A DNA stretch of 32,000 bases. Source: Kineococcus radiotolerans SRS30216 = ATCC BAA-149 (GTDB taxonomy: Bacteria; Actinomycetota; Actinomycetes; Actinomycetales; Kineococcaceae). Positions 9,750 through 19,704 of this stretch are shown here, piece by piece; position 1 is the first letter of the stretch, and the number at the start of each line of letters is the position of its first letter. The stretch covers positions 1,140,001 to 1,172,000 of the forward strand of contig NC_009664.2 of assembly GCF_000017305.1 (NCBI RefSeq), given 5' to 3'. The notes beneath the pieces were generated by a model, which worked only from the letters and a program-made list of their open reading frames with translations, was not told the origin of the DNA and did not search any database. A program made the translations under genes and the position numbers.

Positions 9750-9874
9750 ACGATCGCGCCCGAGGAGGCACTGTGACCCACCGGATCCAGGGGACCCGGC
9801 CGACCACGGCACCAGCCCCCCGAGGGCCGGGGGGTTCGGAGCGCACCGATCCCAACTCTACGGCCTCCGAGGGG

Positions 9875-10756
9875 GTGCCCCCGACCACGCCCGCCCGCCC
9901 CACGCCCGCCCAGTGGGCGCGCACCCTGGCCGTGGGCACCGTGACCGGCACCCTGCACCTGCCCCCCGCCCCGCGGGAGCCCGCCCACCGCTGCGGTCAC
10001 GGGGAGCCCGACGTCCTCGCCGCCACCGCCCCCGCGCGCGGGCGCAGCGCCGGGTCCCGCACCGAGACCCACCCCGTCCAGCACCTCACCGACGCCTGGG
10101 GCGGCCTGCTGCTGCTCGTGGACGACGGCTCGCCGCTGCACCGGCGCTTGCTGGAGCTGGAGACCGACGGCCGCTGGAACGGGGTCCCGGCCGTCCTCGA
10201 CGTCCTCGACGTCCCGCCGGGGCAGGCCGCCCTCCCCCGCGCCCGGCTCTGCGTCACCGGCTGGGTGGAGTCGATCCTGCCCGCCGACCAGCGCCGGGTC
10301 GCGCAGACCGCGGCCGCGGTGCGCCCGCTGGGCGCCCTGCTCGACGTGGGGGCCACCCGCAGCGTCTGGCGCCTGGAGGTGGGCGACGTGCGGGTCACCA
10401 CCGCCGGGGGCGTGCACCTGCTGGAGGACGACGAGTTCACCGCGGCCGCCCCCGACCCGCTGTACGACGACGAGGACGGCATCGTCGTGCACCTGGAGAC
10501 CCGGCACCGGGACGCGCTCGTCGGCTGGGTCCTCGACGCGCTGCCGCCGGAACGGGCGCGCGAGACCCGGGAGGTCGCCGTCGTGGGCGTGGACCGCTAC
10601 GGCCTCGACGTCCTGGTCACGATCGGGTCGGGCACCACGACGCTGCGGGCGGCGTTCCCCGAGCCGGTGCAGCACGAGCACGACGTCGTCCGGGCGCTGT
10701 GCGGGTTGTTCGGCTGCCCGTGCGGGGGGGCCGGGCGGGCGGAGCACCGCGCCTGA
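9875..10756 (+). CDS. DUF2470 domain protein (heme-utilisation / PNPOx-like fold family)
   Basis: Pattern PTPAQWARTLAVGTVTGTLHL...VQHLTDAWGGLLLLVDDGSPLHRRL...PAVLDVLDVPP...RARLCVTGWV... followed by a C-terminal DUF2470-like block (IVVHLETRHRDALV...VVGVDRYGLDVLV), as in actinobacterial DUF2470 proteins. Start is uncertain: I chose GTG 9875. GTG 9773 and the track start at 9710 would overlap the rpsD leader. Confidence 0.7.
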   Translation: MPPTTPARPTPAQWARTLAVGTVTGTLHLPPAPREPAHRCGHGEPDVLAATAPARGRSAGSRTETHPVQHLTDAWGGLLLLVDDGSPLHRRLLELETDGRWNGVPAVLDVLDVPPGQAALPRARLCVTGWVESILPADQRRVAQTAAAVRPLGALLDVGATRSVWRLEVGDVRVTTAGGVHLLEDDEFTAAAPDPLYDDEDGIVVHLETRHRDALVGWVLDALPPERARETREVAVVGVDRYGLDVLVTIGSGTTTLRAAFPEPVQHEHDVVRALCGLFGCPCGGAGRAEHRA

Positions 10757-10765
10757 GCCGGTCAC

Positions 10766-10791
10766 GGCCGGGGACCCCGTCGTCCCCGGCC
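10766..10791. terminator. Bidirectional hairpin between convergent DUF2470 and muralytic genes
   Basis: ggccggggac[cccgtc]gtccccggcc gives a perfect 10-bp stem starting 10 nt after the DUF2470 stop. Confidence 0.5.
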
Positions 10792-10832
10792 GCCCGCGCG
10801 GCGCCGCGATCAGCCCCGGGGGCCGGTCGCGG

Positions 10833-11582
10833 TCAGTACCAGTTGTTGGCCTCGGAGTGCGACCACGCCCGGCACGGGGTGCCGTAGCGGTTCTCGATGT
10901 AGCCCAGGCCCCAGGTGATCTGGGTCACCGGGTTGGTCTCCCAGTCGGCCCCGGCGGAGGCCATCTTGCTGCCGGGCAGGGACTGCGGGATGCCGTAGGC
11001 GCTGGAGGTGGGGTTGTCGGCCGCGTAGTCCCAGCCGCTCTCCTTGGTCCACAGCGAGTCGAGGCAGGAGAACTGCTCCTCGCCCCAGCCGCGGTCGGCG
11101 GCCATGATCCGCGCGACGGACCGGGGGTCGCGCTGCGCGTTGCGGGTGGCCTCCGCGGCGGCCTGCGCGCGGGCCTCCTCGGCCAGGCGGGCGGCCTCCG
11201 CGGCCAGGCGGGCGGCTTCCGCGGCGGCGGCGGCCTCGGCGGCGGCGCGCTCCTGGGCCAGGCGCTGGTCGCTGGCGGCGCGGACGTCGGACTGCGCGAA
11301 CCAGGCGGCGGAGGTCGTGGTCTGCCGCTGCAGCTCGGCGGCCTGCAGGATGCGGTCGGGCACCGCGGCCTCGGCCTGCGGGGCGGGGCCGGAGGTGAGG
11401 GCCGCGCCGGCCAGGACGCACGCGGAGACCGCGACGACGCCGGGGGCGGCGATCCGGGCCAGGCGCCGGCGGGGAGCGCGACGCTGCCCGCGGGTGGTGG
11501 CGGGGGTGGGTTCCTGCTCGTCCGTGAGCTCGTGGAGACGGTGGGGCGGCAAGCCGGGCCTTCCGACGATCGCCCGGCCCAC
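10833..11582 (-). CDS. Secreted muralytic protein, SLT/Apf-C-terminal-like lytic transglycosylase domain
   Basis: N-terminal signal (RRRLARIAAPGVVAVSACVLAGAALTSGPAPQAEA), then an Ala/Glu-rich helical linker. The C-terminal block GWGEEQFSCLDSLWTKESGWDYAADNPTSSAYGIPQSLPGSKMASAGADWETNPVTQITWGLGYIENRYGTPCRAWSHSEANNWY is the recognisable actinobacterial secreted transglycosylase-like domain. GTG start at 11582; exact start uncertain. Confidence 0.8.
   Translation of the reverse strand: MGRAIVGRPGLPPHRLHELTDEQEPTPATTRGQRRAPRRRLARIAAPGVVAVSACVLAGAALTSGPAPQAEAAVPDRILQAAELQRQTTTSAAWFAQSDVRAASDQRLAQERAAAEAAAAAEAARLAAEAARLAEEARAQAAAEATRNAQRDPRSVARIMAADRGWGEEQFSCLDSLWTKESGWDYAADNPTSSAYGIPQSLPGSKMASAGADWETNPVTQITWGLGYIENRYGTPCRAWSHSEANNWY
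11180..11221 (-). repeat. Tandem 2 x 21-bp in-frame direct repeat inside the Ala-rich linker
   Basis: cggccaggcgggcggcctccg / cggccaggcgggcggcttccg (1 mismatch) encodes the duplicated heptad AEAARLA. Confidence 0.8.
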
Positions 11583-11846
11583 GCCCGGTCGAGCACGTCC
11601 ACCTCTCGGCCGGGTCGTGGCCCCCTGCGGGAGGGGGCGTCACCGTGGGACCCGATCGCCGGGGGCGCTCGCGGCGCCGTCCGGGTCGATGTCGTCGGCG
11701 TGCGGGGCGTCCTGCGGAGCCCACCGGCCGACGGCGTCGAGGTGCTGTCGTCCGGGAACGCTGCCCCGCCGACGGGGGTCGAGGCAAACGCCGACCCCCG
11801 CTTTCGTCACGGTGAGGTCACACGATAGCTACGATGCGTCGACATT

Positions 11847-11862
11847 TGTGGAACATCTCACA
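11847..11862. promoter_or_regulatory. CRP/GlxR-type palindrome TGTGG-AACATC-TCACA
   Basis: Matches 9 of 10 positions of TGTGA-N6-TCACA. It lies in the only AT-enriched patch of the 380-bp intergenic region upstream of the muralytic gene. A minus-strand TATCGT (-10, 11822..11827) puts the site centre near -40. Confidence 0.4.
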
Positions 11863-11962
11863 GGGATCGACCCCCGCGCGGGTGGTTTGACGCTAGGGGC
11901 GGGCAGGAGGTTCCGGGCCGGGACACCCCACCGGTCCCGGAACCACCCGCCCCACCCGTCCC

Positions 11963-13345
11963 TCAGGCCCCGAAGTCCGAGAGCAGCTCCGTCACCAGGG
12001 CCGCCACCGGCGAGCGCTCCGAGCGCGTCAGGGTGACGTGGGCGAACAGCGGGTGGCCCTTGAGCGCCTCGACGACGGCCGCGACCCCGTCGTGGCGGCC
12101 GACCCGCAGGTTGTCCCGCTGCGCCACGTCGTGGGTCAGCACCACCTTCGAGCCCTGCCCGATGCGCGAGAGCACCGTCAGCAGGACGTTGCGCTCCAGC
12201 GACTGCGCCTCGTCGACGACGACGTAGGAGTCGTGCAGCGAGCGCCCGCGGATGTGGGTCAGCGGCAGGACCTCGAGCATCCCCCGGTCCACGACCTCCT
12301 CGAGGACGTGCGGGGAGACCAGCGCCTCCAGGGTGTCGAACACCGCCTGGCCCCAGGGGCCCATCTTCTCGGCCTCGCTGCCGGGCAGGTACCCCAGCTC
12401 CTGGCCGCCGACGGCGTACAGCGGCCGGAAGACCACGACCTTGCGGTGCTCGCGGCGCTCCATGACGGCCTCCAGACCGGCCGCCAGCGCCAGCGCCGAC
12501 TTTCCCGTCCCCGCCCGCCCCCCGAGGGAGACGATGCTGACGGTCGGGTCGAGCAGGGCGTCCAGGGCGATCCGCTGCTCCGCGGACCGGCCCCGGACCC
12601 CGAACGCCTCGCGGTCGCCCTTGACCAGGCGCAGCTGCTTGTCGGCGCCGACCCGGCCCAGCGCGTGCCCGCGCGGGGAGGAGAGCACGACCCCGGTGTT
12701 CACGGGGAGCTGGCGGACCTCGGCGGTGTCGAGCGCCCCGGCGTCGTACAGCGTCGCCACGTCCTCGGCGGTGGCGGTCAGCTCCGTGACGCCCGTCCAG
12801 CCGGAGTCGGGGGCGAGCTCGGCGCGGTACTCGTCGGCGGTGAGGCCGACGGCGGAGGCCTTCACGCGCAGCGGCACGTCCTTGGAGACCACCGTGACCC
12901 GGTGGCCCTCGTCGGCCAGGTTGCGGGCCACGGCCAGGATGCGGGTGTCCCCGGCGGTGGCGAGCGGGCCGTTGCGCAGCGCCGAGGGCAGGGTCGAGAC
13001 GTCGGAGTGGTTCAGCTCCACCCGCAGGGTGCCGCCCTGCTCCCCGACGGGCACCGGCGCGTCGAGGCGGCCGAACTCCACCCGCAGGTCGTCCAGACGG
13101 CGCAGCGACTCCCGGGCGAAGTAGCCCAGCTCGGGGTGGTGCCGCTTGCCCTCCAGCTCGCTGACGACGACCAGCGGCAGGACGACGTCGTGCTCGGCGA
13201 AGCGCGTCAGCGCCCCGGGGTCGGAGAGCAGGACGGAGGTGTCCAGGACGAAGGTCTGACGGTCGGGGTCGGGGGGCACCGCGCCCGCGCGGGCGGGGGT
13301 CGGGGTGTGCGGCGCGGCGGGGCTGGGGCTGGAGCTGGTGACCAC
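11963..13345 (-). CDS. phoH2: PhoH2: PIN-domain RNase fused to a PhoH-like ATPase
   Basis: 460 aa. N-terminal PIN ([13 protein letters not shown]...[13 protein letters not shown]...ILAVARNL). C-terminal PhoH ATPase with Walker A GRAGTGKS and Walker [12 protein letters not shown] start preceded by GGGAGA. Confidence 0.93.
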   Translation of the reverse strand: MVTSSSPSPAAPHTPTPARAGAVPPDPDRQTFVLDTSVLLSDPGALTRFAEHDVVLPLVVVSELEGKRHHPELGYFARESLRRLDDLRVEFGRLDAPVPVGEQGGTLRVELNHSDVSTLPSALRNGPLATAGDTRILAVARNLADEGHRVTVVSKDVPLRVKASAVGLTADEYRAELAPDSGWTGVTELTATAEDVATLYDAGALDTAEVRQLPVNTGVVLSSPRGHALGRVGADKQLRLVKGDREAFGVRGRSAEQRIALDALLDPTVSIVSLGGRAGTGKSALALAAGLEAVMERREHRKVVVFRPLYAVGGQELGYLPGSEAEKMGPWGQAVFDTLEALVSPHVLEEVVDRGMLEVLPLTHIRGRSLHDSYVVVDEAQSLERNVLLTVLSRIGQGSKVVLTHDVAQRDNLRVGRHDGVAAVVEALKGHPLFAHVTLTRSERSPVAALVTELLSDFGA

Positions 13346-13362
13346 GGACGTCTCCCGTTCTC

Positions 13363-13394
13363 GGGGGCGCGGGGCGCGCGTGCGCCCGGCCCCC
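13363..13394 (-). promoter_or_regulatory. GC hairpin in the spacer between the candidate uORF and phoH2
   Basis: Outer stem of 6 bp (gggggc/gccccc) plus inner stem of 6 bp (gggcgc[gcgt]gcgccc). It starts 1 nt after the uORF stop and ends 6 nt before the phoH2 SD. Confidence 0.3.
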
Positions 13395-13395
13395 C

Positions 13396-13476
13396 TCAGC
13401 AGCGGCGGACCGGGACCTCAGGCCACCCCGCGGGCGACCCGGGCCGGGCCTCCCCGCTGCGCTCGACAGCTCGCAC
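13396..13476 (-). CDS. Speculative 26-codon upstream ORF of phoH2 ([26 protein letters not shown])
   Basis: GTG preceded by GGGAGG with 5-nt spacing. 23 of 26 codons end in G/C. Stop lies 50 nt upstream of phoH2. Too short to be statistically significant on its own in this GC background. Confidence 0.2.
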   Translation of the reverse strand: MRAVERSGEARPGSPAGWPEVPVRRC

Positions 13477-13638
13477 GGTGACCTCCCGAGCGGGCGGCGG
13501 ACACCGCCCGGCTGGGACCGACGCTATCGGCCGGTCCCCCGGCGGGGCGGTCGAACACGCGGCCCGTCGCACGATCGGAGGTGAGCAGTCGGTGACGCGC
13601 GGGTGACGTCCGCGCGCCGGGGCCCGGACGGGGACGGC

Positions 13639-14400
13639 TCAGGCGCCGAAGCGCCGTTCCCGCGCGGCGTAGGCGCGCAGCGCGCGGAGGAAGTCGACCT
13701 TGCGGAAGTCCGGCCAGAGGACCTCGGTGAAGAAGAACTCCGAGTGGGCGCTCTGCCAGAGCAGGAACCCCGACAGCCGCTGCTCCCCGGAGGTGCGGAT
13801 GACGAGGTCGGGGTCGGGCTGGCCCTTGGTGTAGAGGTGCGCGGCGATGTGCTCGACGTCGAGGACCTCGGCGAGCTCCTCCAGCGTGGTCCCCCGCTCG
13901 GCGTGCTCGAGCAGCAGCGAGCGGACGGCGGCGGCGATCTCCTGCCGGCCGCCGTAGCCGATGGCGACGTTGACGACGCCGGAGGTGATGCCCGCGGTGG
14001 CCTCGGCGAGCTCGCGCAGCCGCGCGGCGCTGGCGTCGGGCAGCAGCTCCAGCGAGCCGACCGGGTGGACCTTCCACCGCCGCCGCGCGGCGACCCGGGC
14101 CACGGCGTCCTCGACGATCTCGATGAGGGGTTCGAGCTCCTCGGCGGGCCGGCTGAGGTTGTCGGTGGAGAGCAGGTAGAGCGTGACGACCTCGATGCCC
14201 TCGTCGGCGCACCACTCCATGACCTCGACGACCTTGTCGGCCCCGGCCCGGTGCCCGTGGGAGCTGGGGGCGCCGAAGGCCTTGGCCCAGCGGCGGTTCC
14301 CGTCGAGGATGATCCCCACGTGGCGGGGCAGCGCGTCGGAGTCGAGCGAGCGTTCCAGCCGCCGCCCGTACGCGCTGTAGAGGAGATCGCGGAGGCCCAT
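13639..14400 (-). CDS. Isoprenyl transferase, short-chain Z-prenyl diphosphate synthase (Rv1086-like cis-prenyltransferase)
   Basis: 253 aa. HVGIILDGNRRWA, LYLLSTDNL, VAIGYGGRQEI, DPDLVIRTSGEQRLSGFLLWQSAHSEFFF and C-terminal RERRFG, which resemble my recollection of M. tuberculosis Rv1086. Confidence 0.92.
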   Translation of the reverse strand: MGLRDLLYSAYGRRLERSLDSDALPRHVGIILDGNRRWAKAFGAPSSHGHRAGADKVVEVMEWCADEGIEVVTLYLLSTDNLSRPAEELEPLIEIVEDAVARVAARRRWKVHPVGSLELLPDASAARLRELAEATAGITSGVVNVAIGYGGRQEIAAAVRSLLLEHAERGTTLEELAEVLDVEHIAAHLYTKGQPDPDLVIRTSGEQRLSGFLLWQSAHSEFFFTEVLWPDFRKVDFLRALRAYAARERRFGA

Positions 14401-14457
14401 CGGCGCTCACCGTACACGCGCCGCTTCACCGGGACGGAGGCATCCCGCGCGGCGTCC

Positions 14458-14486
14458 TTGACCGGGTCCCGGGACGTACCTACTGT
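14458..14486 (+). promoter_or_regulatory. Sigma-70-type promoter for the orphan solute-binding protein gene
   Basis: TTGACC, a 17-nt spacer, then TACTGT (TANNNT). The predicted leader is about 85 nt. Confidence 0.4.
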
Positions 14487-14576
14487 CGTCGCACCGGCAC
14501 CGACGCCGGTCCCCCGGGACGGCGTGCCCGGGGCGTGGCAGCCGCGACGACGCGGCTCGGCACAGCGGAGAACCAC

Positions 14577-15905
14577 ATGGCCACCACCACCTCGCGTCGA
14601 TCCCTGCTGACCCTGGCCCTGGCGGCTCCCCTGGCGGGGACGGTGCTCGCCGGCTGCGGCGGCGACAGCGGCCCGGGGGCCGCGGCCGGGGGGGACGGGG
14701 CGACCATCTGGATCCTCACGGGCCAGCCCGTCGAGGGCATCCGCACGGACGCCATCGAGGCCTTCAACGAGGCCAACCCGGACAGCGCGCTGACCGTCTC
14801 GTCGTTCCAGAACGACGCGTTCAAGGCCAAGATCAAGACGGCCATCGGCGCCGGCGAGGCGCCGACGATCATCTGGACCTGGGGCGGCGGCGGTCTGCGC
14901 AACTACGTCGAGAACGGCCAGGTCGAGGACCTCACCTCGTTCTTCGAGGAGACGCCGGCGATCAAGGAGCAGATCTTCGAGACCGCCTTCGGCGCCGCCA
15001 CCGTCGACGGCAAGGTCTACGCCGTGCCGTGCGAGGACGTCTCGCCGATCGTCCTCTTCTACAACAAGCGGGTCTTCGAGAAGGTCGGCGCGCAGCCCCC
15101 CACCACCTGGGGGGAGGTCATGGAGCTGGTGCCGGTGTTCAACGCCGCGGGCATCGCCCCGTTCTCCCTGGGCGGGCAGTCCCGGTGGACGAACATGATG
15201 TGGCTGGAGTTCCTCTACGACCGCATCGGCGGCCCGGAGGTCTTCCAGGCCGTCTTCGACGGCCAGCCGGACGCCTGGTCGAACCCGGCCTCCATCGAGG
15301 CGCTGACCCAGCTGCAGGACCTCGTGCGCGCCGACGGGTTCGTCAAGGGCTTCGCCTCCATCACCGCGGACTCCAACGCCGACCAGGCGCTGCTGTACAC
15401 CGACAAGGCCGCGATGATGGTCCACGGCACCTGGACCTACGGCAGCATGAAGTCCGACGGCGGCGACTTCGTCACCGGCGGGCACCTGGGCTGGATGAAC
15501 TTCCCGCCCGTCGAGGGCGGCGCGGGCGACCCGAGCAACACCGTCGGCAACCCCTCGGCCTACTACGCGCTGTCCTCCAAGGCCACCGAGGAGCAGAAGA
15601 CGGCCGCCAAGAAGTACTTCGCCGAGGGCCTCAACACCGACGAGACGACGAAGGCGTGGATCTCGGTGGGCTCGGTGCCGATCATCAAGGGCTCCGACAG
15701 CCAGTTCTCCTCCTCCGAGGACGCCGAGTGGCTGCAGTTCGTCTACGACATCGCCAGCGGTGCGGCCACCTTCACCCAGTCCTGGGACCAGGCGCTGTCG
15801 CCCACGGCGGCCGAGGCGCTGCTGGACAACATCGAGAAGCTCTTCGGCCTCTCGATCACGCCGCAGCAGTTCGCCGACGCCATGAACGCGGTCATCGGCT
15901 CCTGA
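14577..15905 (+). CDS. Extracellular solute-binding protein family 1 (sugar-type), Tat-signal lipoprotein
   Basis: MATTTSRRSLLTLALAAPLAGTVLAGC-GGD has a twin-arginine motif plus a lipobox. ATG at 14577 follows GGAG. The body resembles family-1 sugar SBPs. No permease or ATPase genes are adjacent. Confidence 0.9.
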   Translation: MATTTSRRSLLTLALAAPLAGTVLAGCGGDSGPGAAAGGDGATIWILTGQPVEGIRTDAIEAFNEANPDSALTVSSFQNDAFKAKIKTAIGAGEAPTIIWTWGGGGLRNYVENGQVEDLTSFFEETPAIKEQIFETAFGAATVDGKVYAVPCEDVSPIVLFYNKRVFEKVGAQPPTTWGEVMELVPVFNAAGIAPFSLGGQSRWTNMMWLEFLYDRIGGPEVFQAVFDGQPDAWSNPASIEALTQLQDLVRADGFVKGFASITADSNADQALLYTDKAAMMVHGTWTYGSMKSDGGDFVTGGHLGWMNFPPVEGGAGDPSNTVGNPSAYYALSSKATEEQKTAAKKYFAEGLNTDETTKAWISVGSVPIIKGSDSQFSSSEDAEWLQFVYDIASGAATFTQSWDQALSPTAAEALLDNIEKLFGLSITPQQFADAMNAVIGS

Positions 15906-15918
15906 GCCGCGCGGTGCC

Positions 15919-15957
15919 CGGGGCGGGCGGGGCGCCCCGGGCGCCCGGCCCGCCCCG
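15919..15957 (+). terminator. GC-rich compound hairpin after the solute-binding protein gene
   Basis: cggggcgggc ... gcccgccccg forms the outer stem, enclosing the palindromes ggggcgcccc / gggcgccc. It starts 14 nt after the stop. Confidence 0.5.
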
Positions 15958-15979
15958 CCGCAGCGGTTACCGTGCGGGG

Positions 15980-16638
15980 ATGGCCGACGTGACCGACGAC
16001 CCCGCCGACCTGCTGGCCGCGGTGAAGCCGCGGCTGCGGGGGTGGCTGCACGCCGGGACGTTCCCGGTGGTCCTGGCCGCCGGGGCCGTGCTGGTGGCCC
16101 TGGCCCCCACGACCGGGTCGCGGCTGGCCGCGCTGGTCTTCGTCGTCACCGCGGCCCTGCTGTTCGGCACCAGCGCCGTCTACCACCGCGGGACCTGGTC
16201 GCCGCGGTGGGCGGGGGTGCTGCGCCGCGCGGACCACAGCAACATCTTCCTCATCATCGCCGGCACCTACACGCCGCTGGCGGTGACGACGCTGCCCCCC
16301 GACGACGCCCGGTCCCTGCTGACGCTGGTCTGGGCGGGCGCCGCGGCGGGGGTGGTCTTCCGGCTGTTCTGGATCGGGGCCCCGCGCTGGCTCTACACCC
16401 CCGTCTACGTCGCCCTCGGCTGGGTGGCGGTGGGCTACCTGGGGAGGTTCGCCGACGGCGGCGGGACGGCCGTCGCGGTGCTCGTGGCGGTCGGCGGAGC
16501 GGTGTACTCCCTCGGGGCGGTCGCCTACGCCACCAAGCGCCCGAACCCCAGCCCGCGCTGGTTCGGGTTCCACGAGGTGTTCCACGCCTGCACCGTCCTG
16601 GGCTTCGCCGCGCACAGCACGGCGATCGCGCTGGCGAC

Positions 16639-16654
<16 letters not shown>
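15980..16654 (+). CDS. Hemolysin III / PAQR family membrane protein
   Basis: 224 aa, 7 TM segments. Motifs [20 protein letters not shown] and [15 protein letters not shown] at 15980 lies within the longer junk ORF 15029..16654. Confidence 0.9.
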
Positions 16655-18693
<2,039 letters not shown>

Positions 18694-18759
18694 GACGGCC
18701 ACGCTGCCACAGACCTGCGGGGCGGGCCCCCGGGCGAGGGGCCCGGTAGCGTCCGCCCC

Positions 18760-19704
18760 GTGACCGACCCCGTGAGCACCCCGACCCGCTTCGGCGTCCT
18801 CGGCACCGGCTTCTGGGCGCGCACCTGCCACGGCGCGGCGCTCGCCGCCCACCCCGACGTGGAGCTCGTCGGGTTCCACGGGCGGGACGCGGGGCGGGCC
18901 CGCGCCGCGGCCGCCGAGGTGGGGGGCCGGGGTTTCCCCGACCTCGACGAGTTCCTCGCCGCGGTGGACGCGGTGACGATCGCCCTGCCCCCGGACGTGC
19001 AGGCCCCGCTGGCCGCGCGCGCGGCCCGCGCGGGCAAGCACCTGCTGGTGGAGAAGCCCCTCGCCCTCGACCTCGCCGCCGCCGACGACGTGGTGGCCGC
19101 GGCCCGGGAGGGCGGGGTCGCCTCGGTGACGTACCTGACCTACCTGTTCCAGCCCGACATCACCGCCTGGCTGGAGCGGATGCGGTCCCTGGCCGCCGAG
19201 CACGGGCCGTGGGAGGGCGGGGTGTTCCGCTGGGCGGGGACCATCGACGCCCCGGGCAACCCCTACGCGGGCTCGCGGTGGCGCCGGGAGAACCTCGGGG
19301 CCTGGGACACCGGCCCGCACGCGCTGTCGATCGCGCACGAGCTCTTCGGGCCCGTGGAGCGCCTCGTCGCCGGGCGCGGGGTCCGCGACGCCGTCACGGT
19401 GGCGCTGGAGCACGCGGGCGGCGCGGGGACGTCGCTCTCGCTGACCCTCACCGCCCCCGAGGGCGCCGGCGGGTCGTTCGCGACGATCTGGGGACCGGGC
19501 GGGCGCCACGACCTGCCGCGGTTCTCGGGCACTCCGCAGGAGGGTTTCCGGCGGGCCGTGGACCGCCTCCGCACGGCCGCGGCGACGGGGGTCGCGGACC
19601 CGCTGGACGTCGCCTCGGCCCGCGCGACGGTCGCGGTGCTGGCTGCGGTCGAGGAGTTCCTGGCCCGCCCCGACCGCGCCACCGCGGTGCGCGCTCAGCC
19701 CTGA
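18760..19704 (+). CDS. Gfo/Idh/MocA family oxidoreductase
   Basis: [11 protein letters not shown] Rossmann motif and the LLVEKPLA (EKP) motif. GTG at 18760 is preceded by TAGCGT 7 nt upstream, which looks leaderless. An alternative GTG lies at 18772. It sits inside the 1220-aa run-on ORF 16042..19704. Confidence 0.85.
   Translation: MTDPVSTPTRFGVLGTGFWARTCHGAALAAHPDVELVGFHGRDAGRARAAAAEVGGRGFPDLDEFLAAVDAVTIALPPDVQAPLAARAARAGKHLLVEKPLALDLAAADDVVAAAREGGVASVTYLTYLFQPDITAWLERMRSLAAEHGPWEGGVFRWAGTIDAPGNPYAGSRWRRENLGAWDTGPHALSIAHELFGPVERLVAGRGVRDAVTVALEHAGGAGTSLSLTLTAPEGAGGSFATIWGPGGRHDLPRFSGTPQEGFRRAVDRLRTAAATGVADPLDVASARATVAVLAAVEEFLARPDRATAVRAQP

Noticed and set aside
9710-9874. ORF-track start (9710) of the DUF2470 gene, and the 9812 start of the rpsD ORF
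   Set aside because: Both extensions cover the shared divergent control region containing the rpsD SD, leader hairpin and probable promoter. The S4 homology begins at MNNARPK (9689), and the DUF2470 homology begins near PTPAQWARTL.
10807-10832. Second hairpin (cgcga...tcgcg) immediately after the muralytic gene stop
   Set aside because: Only 5 terminal base pairs plus a short inner cccc/gggg with mismatches. The perfect 10-bp palindrome at 10766..10791 is the more credible shared terminator.
11732-11801. Calling a bona fide ydaO/c-di-AMP riboswitch upstream of the muralytic gene
   Set aside because: Only two of the conserved blocks are approximated (GCGGGGG and CGACAGC-ACCUCG). The GGGGUGAAUC block is missing and the spacing is too short for the pseudo-two-fold architecture. 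I kept it only as a hypothesis to test with cmsearch RF00379.
13524-15485. 653-aa minus ORF and 330-aa ORF 13418..14410(-) across the prenyl-synthase/SBP region
   Set aside because: These are alternative frames of the real genes, with low-complexity Arg/Pro/Gly-rich products. In the intergenic tail (13418..13560) the third-codon positions carry many A/T, unlike genuine genes here.
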